A stretch of DNA of 24,000 nt from Klebsiella phage JY1: sequence record OP734280.1. One strand, given 5' to 3'. The position numbers and the translations under genes are program-made. Shown one piece after another: positions 7,576-15,621 of the stretch; the stretch's first letter is position 1; every line of letters starts with the position of its first letter. The notes under the pieces were generated by a model. That model had not been told where the DNA came from, did not search any database, and saw only the letters and a program-made list of their open reading frames with translations.

Positions 7576-7728
7576 TTACCACACCCTACTAACTCGACCA
7601 TAAACCTCATGTTTAGAACCATCAATGTTTTCCACCCAGATAGTAACCCAAGTTCCGGGCAGAGGTTTCTTTTCAGCGAACAGATATCCATAGTCGCCTG
7701 AGATCAAAGTAATCCAATAACGTTGCAT
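7576..7728 (-). CDS. 50-aa small protein MQRYWITLISGDYGYLFAEKKPLPGTWVTIWVENIDGSKHEVYGRVSRVW
   Basis: Complete ORF below the track cutoff, between gene 39 and its terminator, with an SD (GGAATTAAC) upstream. Confidence 0.65.
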   Translation of the reverse strand: MQRYWITLISGDYGYLFAEKKPLPGTWVTIWVENIDGSKHEVYGRVSRVW

Positions 7729-7775
7729 GTTAATTCCTTCTAAGTAAGGGCAATAGTACCCTTACTATTTATTCT

Positions 7776-9614
7776 TTATTCACTCATCCATGTCTTACGT
7801 GGTGCAGCATCATTACCCATAATTAATTCAAAAAGTTCTTTCCAGTTTTCAGGAAGAGTGACTACATCATAAACCGGGTCTTGAATAACACGTTCGTATT
7901 CATCTTCTTCAAGAGAACCAAGACCTTTAATATAACGAAGTTTCCAACCTTTGAAATCGTCTTTATGGTCTTCATATTCACCAAGAGAATAGAACCAACG
8001 TTGTTCTTTACCTTTGGTGAGAATAATAACCGGAGTTTTCACAAAGCGGATTCTACCCTGTTCAAACAGTTCAGGCCAATTACTGAAAAACGCTAAAAGA
8101 CTTGGGAAAATTGAACCAACACCATCAACGTCTGCATCAGTCATGATGGCAATATTTCGATAGTTAGTATTTTCAGCAGGCTCACCAATCGTCAAACCAG
8201 TGATTGCGCAAATGTCAAATACTTCTTTATTTTTCATCGCATCCGCAGCAGACATTCCCCATGTATTCATGAACTTACCACGCAAAGGATATCCACCATG
8301 AAGTTCACGGTCGCGAGTTGTGAGTAGATAACCAATCGCAGAATCACCCTCAGTCAAGAATAAAGTGGTGTCAGCATCTTTACCATATTTGTTGGCTTTG
8401 ATGTGCTTAGCTACTTTGGCTTTCTGTGCCTTTTTAGCAGCTTTAGTTTCAGCAGCTTTCTCTGCAGCAAGTTTACGAGCTAACATCGCCTCAATAATCG
8501 GCATATGAATATCTTCAGATTTCATAATAGCGTTAGCAAGTTTCTTATAATCAATATCAATATGGCTACGAATTTCTCCCCAAGGAGAAGTCAAACGCTC
8601 TTTAGTCTGAGAATCAAATCGCATGTTAGACATATCACGAATAAACATGATGACAGTCAGACATTCTTTAATTCGTGCTTTATTAACTTCTAACTTGTAC
8701 TTACGTTTTAATGCTGGAATGAGTTCATTGCTCAGTTCATCGAGAACTAGGTCAACGTGCGTGCCACCGTTTTTGGTGTGAATGTTATTAACATATGAAA
8801 GCTGACGGAACCCATCATCTGAGCGGCCAATAGCAATAGCACATGTATCAGAATCCTGCACTACAGCGTTTTCATCATACATGTGGGCATAAGCTTTAAA
8901 CTTGCCCTGAACTCGTTTACCCATGAATTTAAATTCAATGTCAGGATAAACTACAGCTAACGTCATCAGACGGTCATGAATGATGGATTGGTCAACATCA
9001 GTCAATCCTGTGCTTTCAAAGTGACTGAAATCTGGAATGAATGATACTACAGTACCAGTCTTATCTTTGATGAATTCTTTATCTTTTGCTGGATGTTCTT
9101 CCCAGGAGATATTTTCTGCGCCATTAGAACAACGAACAATGATTTCATTTTTACCATCGCATGTTGCACCAGTAAAAGATACTGAAAAGATGTTAGTTAA
9201 CGCAGAACCGACACCGTTCATACCACCGGTTTTACGCTCAGCATCATCGCCAAAGTTACCACCCGCACGAGGACGAGTCCATGCAGCTACTGGTCCCGGA
9301 ATAGTTTCTCCTTCAGGTGTTACTACAGGAGCCTGCGGAAGACCACGACCATTATCTGTTACAATAATTTTGTTGCCTTTAATGTCAACTGAAATCTTGT
9401 TCGCATGTTTGAAATTAGTACGAATAGCTTCATCAACAGAGTTATCAATGATTTCATCAATCAGTTTGATAATACCAGGAACATACTTTACTGATTGGAA
9501 TTTACCAAAAAGAAAACGGTCATGCGCTTCAAACGCAGAACTACCAATGTACATTCCGCTGCGCTTAATGATATGTTCTCGGTCACTCAGAATTTTAATT
9601 TCGTTCTTAATCAT
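7776..9614 (-). CDS. 39: Type II topoisomerase large subunit, gp39 and gp60 domains in one ORF
   Basis: 612 aa; IIDNSVDEAIRTNF, VTDNGRGLP, GGMNGVGS, LFLTEGDSAIGYL, NIAIMTDADVDGVG, YIKGLGSL all in one frame. Confidence 0.95.
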   Translation of the reverse strand: MIKNEIKILSDREHIIKRSGMYIGSSAFEAHDRFLFGKFQSVKYVPGIIKLIDEIIDNSVDEAIRTNFKHANKISVDIKGNKIIVTDNGRGLPQAPVVTPEGETIPGPVAAWTRPRAGGNFGDDAERKTGGMNGVGSALTNIFSVSFTGATCDGKNEIIVRCSNGAENISWEEHPAKDKEFIKDKTGTVVSFIPDFSHFESTGLTDVDQSIIHDRLMTLAVVYPDIEFKFMGKRVQGKFKAYAHMYDENAVVQDSDTCAIAIGRSDDGFRQLSYVNNIHTKNGGTHVDLVLDELSNELIPALKRKYKLEVNKARIKECLTVIMFIRDMSNMRFDSQTKERLTSPWGEIRSHIDIDYKKLANAIMKSEDIHMPIIEAMLARKLAAEKAAETKAAKKAQKAKVAKHIKANKYGKDADTTLFLTEGDSAIGYLLTTRDRELHGGYPLRGKFMNTWGMSAADAMKNKEVFDICAITGLTIGEPAENTNYRNIAIMTDADVDGVGSIFPSLLAFFSNWPELFEQGRIRFVKTPVIILTKGKEQRWFYSLGEYEDHKDDFKGWKLRYIKGLGSLEEDEYERVIQDPVYDVVTLPENWKELFELIMGNDAAPRKTWMSE

Positions 9615-9639
9615 TACATTTCCTCGGTTAGTGAAGGAA

Positions 9640-9666
9640 TTATATCAACTATTAATTATAGCAAGT
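9640..9666 (-). promoter_or_regulatory. Candidate middle promoter for gene 39
   Basis: Minus strand TTGCTATAATTAATAGTTGATATAAT; box overlaps the end of the upstream ORF. Confidence 0.55.
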
Positions 9667-10013
9667 AATTCTTCTTTGATATACATCAATTTACCAAGAA
9701 CCTCATGGCCTCCTTTAACCGCTTTATACTCTGGGTATCGTGGCCGTTGTCGTTCAAACATAGTCCATTGAGCATCACTAACGTTAGCGTATGCATATCG
9801 AGAATTTCCGTAGTACTGTTCAATCCGGTACTCGTTATTTTCATTAAGTGAAATCCATTCTTCACAGACTTCATAATATTTCTGCATCCAAATAGTACGG
9901 CCATTCACGTCATTGATTGGCCACCAAGCAAACCTATATTTTCCAATAGCCCGCTCTACCATTTTTAACTGTCGTTTAGCACGCCTTTGCGCAGTTGTCA
10001 TTCCAATAATCAT
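9645..10013 (-). CDS. Hypothetical 122-aa protein (start may be MTTAQRRAKRQLK)
   Basis: ORF track; early promoter at 10040-10069 upstream. Confidence 0.75.
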   Translation of the reverse strand: MIIGMTTAQRRAKRQLKMVERAIGKYRFAWWPINDVNGRTIWMQKYYEVCEEWISLNENNEYRIEQYYGNSRYAYANVSDAQWTMFERQRPRYPEYKAVKGGHEVLGKLMYIKEELLAIINS

Positions 10014-10039
10014 AATATTCTCCTCTGGCCAACAAGACT

Positions 10040-10069
10040 ATAATACCAAAACACGATGTCCATGTAAAC
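10040..10069 (-). promoter_or_regulatory. T4-like early promoter
   Basis: GTTTAC ATGGACATCGTGTTTTGG TATTAT. Confidence 0.75.
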
Positions 10070-10073
10070 AACT

Positions 10074-10093
10074 AAATGACCCGAAGGTCATTT
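10074..10093 (-). terminator. UUCG hairpin terminator
   Basis: AAATGACC-TTCG-GGTCATTT, overlapping the stop of the 82-aa ORF; partial U-tract. Confidence 0.7.
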
Positions 10094-10340
10094 ATTCATA
10101 ACGAATTGTGCTGTTCTTAAGAAAAAGCCCTGAGCACACTGTTCCGTTAACAGGTTTTCCTGTTGGTCCAATAGCCGTAAAGCCTGTGTGCTGAAAATCA
10201 TCCTCTGAGCAAGAAAAGAACTTATATCCAGTGATTTTGATATCAGTAAATCCCGCGTTATCTAACACGCGAGTTGCGTTATCAGCGTCAGTGCATCCAA
10301 TCATCATGAAGGCAAGCGCTGTAATTAAAATCTTTTTCAT
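10092..10340 (-). CDS. Putative lipoprotein/secreted protein, 82 aa
   Basis: N-terminus MKKILITALAFMMIGCTDADNA resembles a type II signal peptide with a lipobox-like MIGC. Confidence 0.7.
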   Translation of the reverse strand: MKKILITALAFMMIGCTDADNATRVLDNAGFTDIKITGYKFFSCSEDDFQHTGFTAIGPTGKPVNGTVCSGLFLKNSTIRYE

Positions 10341-10426
10341 TTTAATTTAACCCTATAAGTTATATTACCTACTTTAATAACCCGGATTTCTCCGGGTTTC
10401 ATGGTAATGCGTGCTTTAGTTCCCAT
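10337..10426 (-). CDS. 29-aa basic microprotein MGTKARITMKPGEIRVIKVGNITYRVKLK
   Basis: Stop/start overlaps on both sides (TGATG with the zinc-ribbon gene, ATGA with the lipoprotein gene). Confidence 0.5.
   Translation of the reverse strand: MGTKARITMKPGEIRVIKVGNITYRVKLK
10379..10398 (-). promoter_or_regulatory. GAAA-tetraloop hairpin inside the 29-aa ORF
   Basis: AACCCGGA-GAAA-TCCGGGTT on the minus strand. Confidence 0.5.
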
Positions 10427-10602
10427 CAATAATCACCACTCTTTAATCCATCGTAGTGAACTGCCGGAGCAGAAACCACCCGCTTCATTTGACCTTCACA
10501 CTTAGGGTTAAAGCAGTTAACAGTATAGTCACGATGGGAAATTTTACGCATAATTTCTATCTTTTTTCCACAGACTTCACACTTGTAATCATACATTGGC
10601 AT
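10426..10602 (-). CDS. FmdB-like zinc-ribbon protein (58 aa)
   Basis: MPMYDYKCEVCGKKIEIMRKISHRDYTVNCFNPKC: N-terminal MPxYxYxCxxCG and a second CxxxxC pair. Confidence 0.7.
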   Translation of the reverse strand: MPMYDYKCEVCGKKIEIMRKISHRDYTVNCFNPKCEGQMKRVVSAPAVHYDGLKSGDY

Positions 10603-10924
10603 TAACAGCATCCTTCCATTTTTGTGTTTTGACTACGATTTGCTCATTCAGCGCACGAGTAACCATCATGGAGATTTCATCATCTGATACATGCGCATCA
10701 TCTTTATGACGATTTCTGAAATGAAGCCAAAGTGCATCTACTACACAGTTAATAACATCTGCGCACTCGCCTTCAAACTCTTCTTTCTGCCGCCATGGAC
10801 GATTAATCCAATCACACATTTCTCCAGTTTCTGAAGAAAGTTGCAACATGACATTCCCAATGCTACGGTTAGGAATAGGATAAGACAGTTTTGATGCTTC
10901 AAAAATAGGAGCTAAATTTAACAT
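10589..10924 (-). CDS. Putative MazG-like nucleotide pyrophosphohydrolase
   Basis: 111 aa; SSETGEMCDWINRPWRQKEEFEGECADVINCVVDALW, all-alpha NTP-PPase type ExxE...ExxD arrangement. Confidence 0.65.
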   Translation of the reverse strand: MLNLAPIFEASKLSYPIPNRSIGNVMLQLSSETGEMCDWINRPWRQKEEFEGECADVINCVVDALWLHFRNRHKDDAHVSDDEISMMVTRALNEQIVVKTQKWKDAVNANV

Positions 10925-11283
10925 TGATATGCACTCTGCAGTGCTGCAATAGCAGCGATTGCTTGACCACGGTTATGAATAGAAAGATTCATAACCAAAT
11001 CGGTTGGAATTACATTCGCGGAAGTTCCAACTTCAGTAAAGTATTTGAATTCGCTATCAAAAATTACAAGGTCTTCACCGCCGACTTCATCACATTCTGT
11101 GCCATTAGCCCACATAATTCCGGATACTCTATTATTTTGGTAGTCAACTTTAGTAACAGTAAAACTCCCGCCATTTTCATAGAGTTCAAACACAAAGTCT
11201 TCATTAACCTCATAACGTGAAGAAAATTCTTCTTCCGCTTCATCATTGACGAATTTGTACTGTACGCCTTCTTTAAAATTCAT
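10918..11283 (-). CDS. Hypothetical 121-aa protein
   Basis: ORF track; TAATG-type overlap with the upstream gene. Confidence 0.75.
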   Translation of the reverse strand: MNFKEGVQYKFVNDEAEEEFSSRYEVNEDFVFELYENGGSFTVTKVDYQNNRVSGIMWANGTECDEVGGEDLVIFDSEFKYFTEVGTSANVIPTDLVMNLSIHNRGQAIAAIAALQSAYQC

Positions 11284-11498
11284 TACACAATCTCCATGTA
11301 TTCTGGGCCATCAACTGTGATTACACGAGCAAAGGTACGAACTGGGACGATATCACCATGATTCGCGAATACATACAACCAGGTCCAATGCTCTTCTTTA
11401 CCGAAGGTTTTCTCTTTCTGAACGACGATTAAGTCCGGGTTGAACAGAATGTCTTCAAAAGCTTCGGCAGTAATTTTTACGGTGTTTTCAGTTTTCAT
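11283..11498 (-). CDS. Hypothetical 71-aa protein MKTENTVKITAEAF...
   Basis: The track starts at 11558, but the ATG at 11498 has a TGAGGAGAATAAC SD and the early promoter 11527-11556 lies inside the track's extra N-terminus. Confidence 0.75.
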   Translation of the reverse strand: MKTENTVKITAEAFEDILFNPDLIVVQKEKTFGKEEHWTWLYVFANHGDIVPVRTFARVITVDGPEYMEIV

Positions 11499-11526
11499 GT
11501 TATTCTCCTCAGTAGTTGATAAGATA

Positions 11527-11556
11527 ATAGTACCACATCCTTGTGGCAAAGTAAAC
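11527..11556 (-). promoter_or_regulatory. T4-like early promoter
   Basis: GTTTAC TTTGCCACAAGGATGTGG TACTAT. Confidence 0.8.
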
Positions 11557-11562
11557 AACTTT

Positions 11563-11970
11563 TTATACTAAACCTTGACGTTGCGATTCTGTAGGCTCTA
11601 CATCGGCTTTAGGCAGAACTGCATAGTTGCCTTGAAACACTACGTTTACTAGGGTTTTACCGTCTTCTTCCCACTCATCAGTGACAAGAACATTTTTATG
11701 CAGCGACAGATTAGTGGCTGAATTAGTAGAACTCACCGATTGGGTAATAACATTGTCAAGTGAATTCACATGTACCCACTTACGCAGATAGCTTTCACTA
11801 GATTCAACGAATTTTTTCAAGCAGTGGATGTAATCACCAAAATCTTCACGGTAAATCTTATACCCAGATTTACCGTCATTACGATTAACTACTTTAACGA
11901 TTACACCATTGTGACCAACCCACTTACCACCAATTACTTTAACGTTTTCGCCTACAACCAAATTTTTCAT
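11563..11970 (-). CDS. Hypothetical 135-aa protein with KOW-like N-terminal segment
   Basis: VVGENVKVIGGKWVGHNGVIVKVV resembles a KOW/SH3-like element; GAGAGAAACACG upstream of the ATG. Confidence 0.7.
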   Translation of the reverse strand: MKNLVVGENVKVIGGKWVGHNGVIVKVVNRNDGKSGYKIYREDFGDYIHCLKKFVESSESYLRKWVHVNSLDNVITQSVSSTNSATNLSLHKNVLVTDEWEEDGKTLVNVVFQGNYAVLPKADVEPTESQRQGLV

Positions 11971-12001
11971 CGTGTTTCTCTCAGTTTGTTAATGTAGAGC
12001 C

Positions 12002-12031
12002 ATTATATAACGGCTCTTTCATAAAGTAAAT
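12002..12031 (-). promoter_or_regulatory. T4-like early promoter with -10 inside inverted repeat
   Basis: ATTTAC TTTATGAAAGAGCCGTTA TATAAT; AGAGCC/GGCTCT arms at 11996-12017. Confidence 0.7.
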
Positions 12032-12033
12032 AG

Positions 12034-12201
12034 CTATCGATGAGAAATTTCACACCCAACATCTACGCCGAACAGATACCCAGCTTCCCACCCTTTAGCC
12101 ATCATAGCCTTGGCCACCAGAACCATCGTTGGAGAGATTTCCGGGAGGATTTCCCGGTTGAACCACTCTTCAAAGTTTTCATCGAACTCAAACTCTTCCA
12201 T
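12034..12201 (-). CDS. 55-aa acidic protein MEEFEFDENFEEWFNREILPEISPTMVLVAKAMMAKGWEAGYLFGVDVGCEISHR
   Basis: TAATG overlap with the dexA stop; below the track cutoff. Confidence 0.65.
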   Translation of the reverse strand: MEEFEFDENFEEWFNREILPEISPTMVLVAKAMMAKGWEAGYLFGVDVGCEISHR

Positions 12202-12890
12202 TAGCCACGCCCCTTAGGTAAACTCAGCGGATCGGTATCTTCTGGGCTTGGTGCTTCGCTTAGGCCTAGAGCATAGCGTTGAGCATATTTAAGCATTAGA
12301 ATATCTTTGGCACAGTCATGGATACTATCATGCGCGATAAACCCGTCGAGCGTACCCTTTGGAAGAGGGGTGGTTGTCAGACCACGAGTCAGAAGCAGCG
12401 ATTCAATTGCAGTACGAATATCACGCTGATTCCAGAACTTGCATGGTTCTTCTTTAAATGTATCAATTTCTTCTTCGGAAATTCCTTGGGCTCGTTGAAC
12501 ATCGCGAAGACAATCAACAAAAATCGGAAAGTCAAAGCTCTGCCCACGACACCAGCCAAAGGAATCCCATGGATGAATTCCATTATCAATCAGATATTGC
12601 TGGGCTTCTTTAATTCCAGCAATTACTGATAAATCGTCAGGCGTTGAGGCCAGGTTAGCACGGGCCTCAGCTGATTGTTTCTTCCACCACTCAAGAGTAG
12701 ACTTACCAAACAACCGATGACCTTTTTGGGATTTAAGGTCAAACTTAATACGATGACCACGTTTAACCAATTCATCGAAGCTTTCCAGAACTTCAGGGTC
12801 AGAATCAAAGGTTATTAGAGCAAGGTCAATCACAGAAGAGCTTGACACATTTCCGAATGTTTCAAAATCAATAATAAAGTCTTTAGCCAT
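12201..12890 (-). CDS. dexA: Exonuclease A (DEDD family)
   Basis: 229 aa; MAKDFIIDFETFGN (DxE exo I motif), SFDFPIFVDCLRD, HDCAKDILML; next to dda as in T4. Confidence 0.93.
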   Translation of the reverse strand: MAKDFIIDFETFGNVSSSSVIDLALITFDSDPEVLESFDELVKRGHRIKFDLKSQKGHRLFGKSTLEWWKKQSAEARANLASTPDDLSVIAGIKEAQQYLIDNGIHPWDSFGWCRGQSFDFPIFVDCLRDVQRAQGISEEEIDTFKEEPCKFWNQRDIRTAIESLLLTRGLTTTPLPKGTLDGFIAHDSIHDCAKDILMLKYAQRYALGLSEAPSPEDTDPLSLPKGRG

Positions 12891-13137
12891 TTTGAGCCTC
12901 TAGCATAAATTTAATTTCGCGTAACTGGCAACCAATATATTCGCTCAGATACACCTTTGGGTCATATCCTGTGAACCAAGTAATAGCATTAGCATTATCT
13001 GCTATATCACGAAGCTCATTCAGAACTGTATCAATTTTAATGTTAATAGCACGCTTAACATTATCTGGTGCTTCAAACTTAGATTCTTGTAAGCCAACAA
13101 TCATTGTTTGAAGGTCTTCTAATTTCAATTCAAACAT
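12883..13137 (-). CDS. Hypothetical 84-aa protein between dda and dexA
   Basis: ORF track; small overlap with dexA. Confidence 0.75.
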   Translation of the reverse strand: MFELKLEDLQTMIVGLQESKFEAPDNVKRAINIKIDTVLNELRDIADNANAITWFTGYDPKVYLSEYIGCQLREIKFMLEAQNG

Positions 13138-13143
13138 ATTACC

Positions 13144-14475
13144 TCACACATAGAATACATCATAACGACCACGAGTAGTACCAACATATAATAACTGTTG
13201 CGCGAGAGAAGCATCTGCCATGTGAATGCATGGAGTATAAATGAAGCTTCTGTCAATTGAGATGCCCTGGGCCTTATGGAAAGTCGAAGCTGGTAATGCT
13301 TTCACTTTATGAAACTTACGCTTAGCATCCCAGAACTCAGACCAAGGAGCTTTACCTCCTTTATTCCAATTCTTATATGTATCTGCAGTTTTTGCCAAGA
13401 AGAATTGAAACTTATTCATTTCTTCTTCAGATGAGATGACACAGATTTTCTCTCTAGCGTACTCTTCATCATCGCCATAGGTTTCAATATCTAATACCCA
13501 ATGACGAATCAGATATTCACCTGGAACACCTCTGGCACCCAAAAACGTGGTGGTTTCAACTGCGTCTAATATGCGAACAAACTGACCATTATTGAAAAGA
13601 ATTTCGCTGAATTTCTTTCCTTCAAATTTAAGTTCTTTGGTAAGAGGTTCTTGCATAACAACAATCTCACCTACTACGAATGGTCGTTCAGTTTCGTATA
13701 TTCTTCGTCTGATTATTTCATTCAATTTATCCACAGATTTATTCGTGAACGCAAGCATTCGGTTTTCAAATAAATCTTCTGGAGTTTTAACTAAATTAAA
13801 ATAATTTAGCATAAAATCTTTAAGGGCAGTTCCTTTTGTAAAACCACGGACGCCATGACCATCAACTACACAGTCGCGAATCCACCCACCATTTCTGATT
13901 TCAGTAGCGACTTCAATGATTGGGGCATTACTCCGCATCACCTCGGTCAAATGAAGTTGTAAGAAATCTTTATGAGTGAAGAATGGACTCAGTGCAGGTT
14001 CATTACTTCCAGGTTCTACCGGACGTATCTGAGCCTTATCACCAATGGCAATGACAATACACCAGGCAGGAATAGTTGCCATCAAAATCTTAAACAGCTT
14101 ACGGTCATACATTGAAGCTTCATCGCAGATGAGAACTCGAATAGATGCCATATCCGGAACTTTCTTTTGTTCAAACAGAACGTTTTCTTCATATGTCGTC
14201 GGGTTAATTTTCAGAAGACTATGAATAGTACTGGCCTGCATTCCGCTGAGCTTAGATAAAACCTTTTTGGCCCCATGTGTAGGTGCTGCCAACGCAATGC
14301 CAGAGATACCCTGAGAAATCAAAGCATCAATGATAAATTTGGTTAAAGTTGTTTTACCTGTACCGGCAGGTCCATTAATCGTAATATGTTGACCTTTAGC
14401 TCCTTGTTTGACCATTTCAATGACTTTATTAAAAATCGCTTTTTGACTTTCTTTTAATTGGTCAAACGTAATCAT
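13144..14475 (-). CDS. dda: Dda SF1 DNA helicase
   Basis: 443 aa, highly similar to remembered T4 Dda (INGPAGTGKTTLTKFI, VLICDEASMYDRKLFKIL, ALPASTFHKAQG, LLYVGTTRGRYDVFYV). Confidence 0.98.
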   Translation of the reverse strand: MITFDQLKESQKAIFNKVIEMVKQGAKGQHITINGPAGTGKTTLTKFIIDALISQGISGIALAAPTHGAKKVLSKLSGMQASTIHSLLKINPTTYEENVLFEQKKVPDMASIRVLICDEASMYDRKLFKILMATIPAWCIVIAIGDKAQIRPVEPGSNEPALSPFFTHKDFLQLHLTEVMRSNAPIIEVATEIRNGGWIRDCVVDGHGVRGFTKGTALKDFMLNYFNLVKTPEDLFENRMLAFTNKSVDKLNEIIRRRIYETERPFVVGEIVVMQEPLTKELKFEGKKFSEILFNNGQFVRILDAVETTTFLGARGVPGEYLIRHWVLDIETYGDDEEYAREKICVISSEEEMNKFQFFLAKTADTYKNWNKGGKAPWSEFWDAKRKFHKVKALPASTFHKAQGISIDRSFIYTPCIHMADASLAQQLLYVGTTRGRYDVFYV

Positions 14476-14786
14476 GCCACTTTTACCCTCACTACATGTA
14501 GATTTTTAATTTTTGCTTTGAGTTTTTCGCGCTCAACATCGCTAAGTGGTTCATACACTAGCTCAGTTGTTTTCCACCAAAGCATTCCTTTGGTTTTGCT
14601 TTTCCCAGTAAAATTACCTTTTGCTAATTTGTCTGTTAAAACCGACATTGTACGAATCCGTGCTTTATTGGCTGATTCTTCATTAGTGAAGACTACACAT
14701 CGTTCTCCATCATACATATCAGTTGTGACTGGATGGTCAAATCCGTCTTTATCCTTATACGCTACTACATATCCATAGTGTTGCAT
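14472..14786 (-). CDS. Hypothetical 104-aa protein upstream of dda
   Basis: ORF track; coupled to dda. Confidence 0.75.
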   Translation of the reverse strand: MQHYGYVVAYKDKDGFDHPVTTDMYDGERCVVFTNEESANKARIRTMSVLTDKLAKGNFTGKSKTKGMLWWKTTELVYEPLSDVEREKLKAKIKNLHVVRVKVA

Positions 14787-15541
14787 TACATTTTACCTCT
14801 CAAAAGTTGGAAGAAGGACGCAGTCAATGGAAGACCTTTTTTCAATTTTAACTTATCTAACATTGAGCATTCTTCTAACCGACGAAGTGAGCTAACAATT
14901 AGCCGTATTGATTGTACACGGATTTCAGCATCTGATGGACGATTCGGAACTGATGCTAAAATAGCAGATAACTTACGCTCAACTTTAGCTAATTCAGACT
15001 TACCACCACTGATACGAGTTCTCAGCGCATTAATAAGTTCTAAATCAGCCGAGGTTGCAGTTCCGTTCTTTTCTTTTTGCACAAATTGAGAAAGATGATT
15101 TTCACGATTGCGTAAATTAGTTTTAATTGATGTAATAGTTTTTTCATACTCGCTAATCTTTTCCAAGCGAGACGCTTCTTTATCACTTGTAGGTTTAACA
15201 GAATCAGAAGAGCGAACTATGCGTGCCGCAATTTCATTCGCTTTTCGTTCAAGGCCTTCAATCGTATTATTTCCACGCAAAGTATTATACTTTTGCTTAA
15301 CAGGAATAACATTCCCCATTACATATCCCAAGTCATTATTCCAACGCTCGAGCGTCATGCTATCAGGATGATTTCCTTTAACAGTTCCAAACTTTTCGCC
15401 TGAGTATGCGCAGTGTGTCTGCTGCATGATGTTAAACAGATATTCTGGGGTGAGATTGAACTCCTTATGCCGACGTTGAGCAGAACCTAAAGTTGTAATT
15501 AAACGAGTATAAACTTTAGCGGTTTCAGCAGTAAATTTCAT
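14786..15541 (-). CDS. Srd-like protein (by size and synteny) with an HNH-like N-terminal region
   Basis: 251 aa in the T4 srd position; CAYSGEKFGTVKGNHPDSMTLERWNNDLGYVMGNVIPVKQKYN resembles an HNH-type segment. Confidence 0.6.
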   Translation of the reverse strand: MKFTAETAKVYTRLITTLGSAQRRHKEFNLTPEYLFNIMQQTHCAYSGEKFGTVKGNHPDSMTLERWNNDLGYVMGNVIPVKQKYNTLRGNNTIEGLERKANEIAARIVRSSDSVKPTSDKEASRLEKISEYEKTITSIKTNLRNRENHLSQFVQKEKNGTATSADLELINALRTRISGGKSELAKVERKLSAILASVPNRPSDAEIRVQSIRLIVSSLRRLEECSMLDKLKLKKGLPLTASFFQLLRGKM

Positions 15542-15621
15542 CGTGTTTTCCTCAAAAATGCTTTCGTCTTACGGACGGTATAATGGGTCTAGGTCCCTAG
15601 TTCTAGATAATCACTAGTTGA

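Noticed and set aside
7776-9614. A gene 39/60 split or bypass element as in T4
   Set aside because: All conserved motifs are in one continuous frame; no internal stop or coding gap.
9037-9771. 244-aa plus-strand ORF antisense to gene 39
   Set aside because: Mirror ORF over a clearly conserved topoisomerase CDS; no SD or family signature.
11064-11246. 60-aa minus-strand ORF nested out of frame in the 121-aa gene
   Set aside because: Alternative frame inside a better-supported coupled ORF; same for 4872..5093, 9686..9904, 12389..12589, 12623..12808, 15885..16106, 18813..19043, 19212..19409 and 21447..21653.
11499-11558. Extended N-terminus MFTLPQGCGTIILSTTEENN of ORF 11283..11558
   Set aside because: Overlaps an early promoter; the internal ATG at 11498 has a strong SD.
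11996-12017. AGAGCC-N10-GGCTCT as a simple intrinsic terminator
   Set aside because: Loop is long and A/T rich, there is no minus-strand U-run, and it coincides exactly with a -10 element; treated as a promoter-associated repeat.
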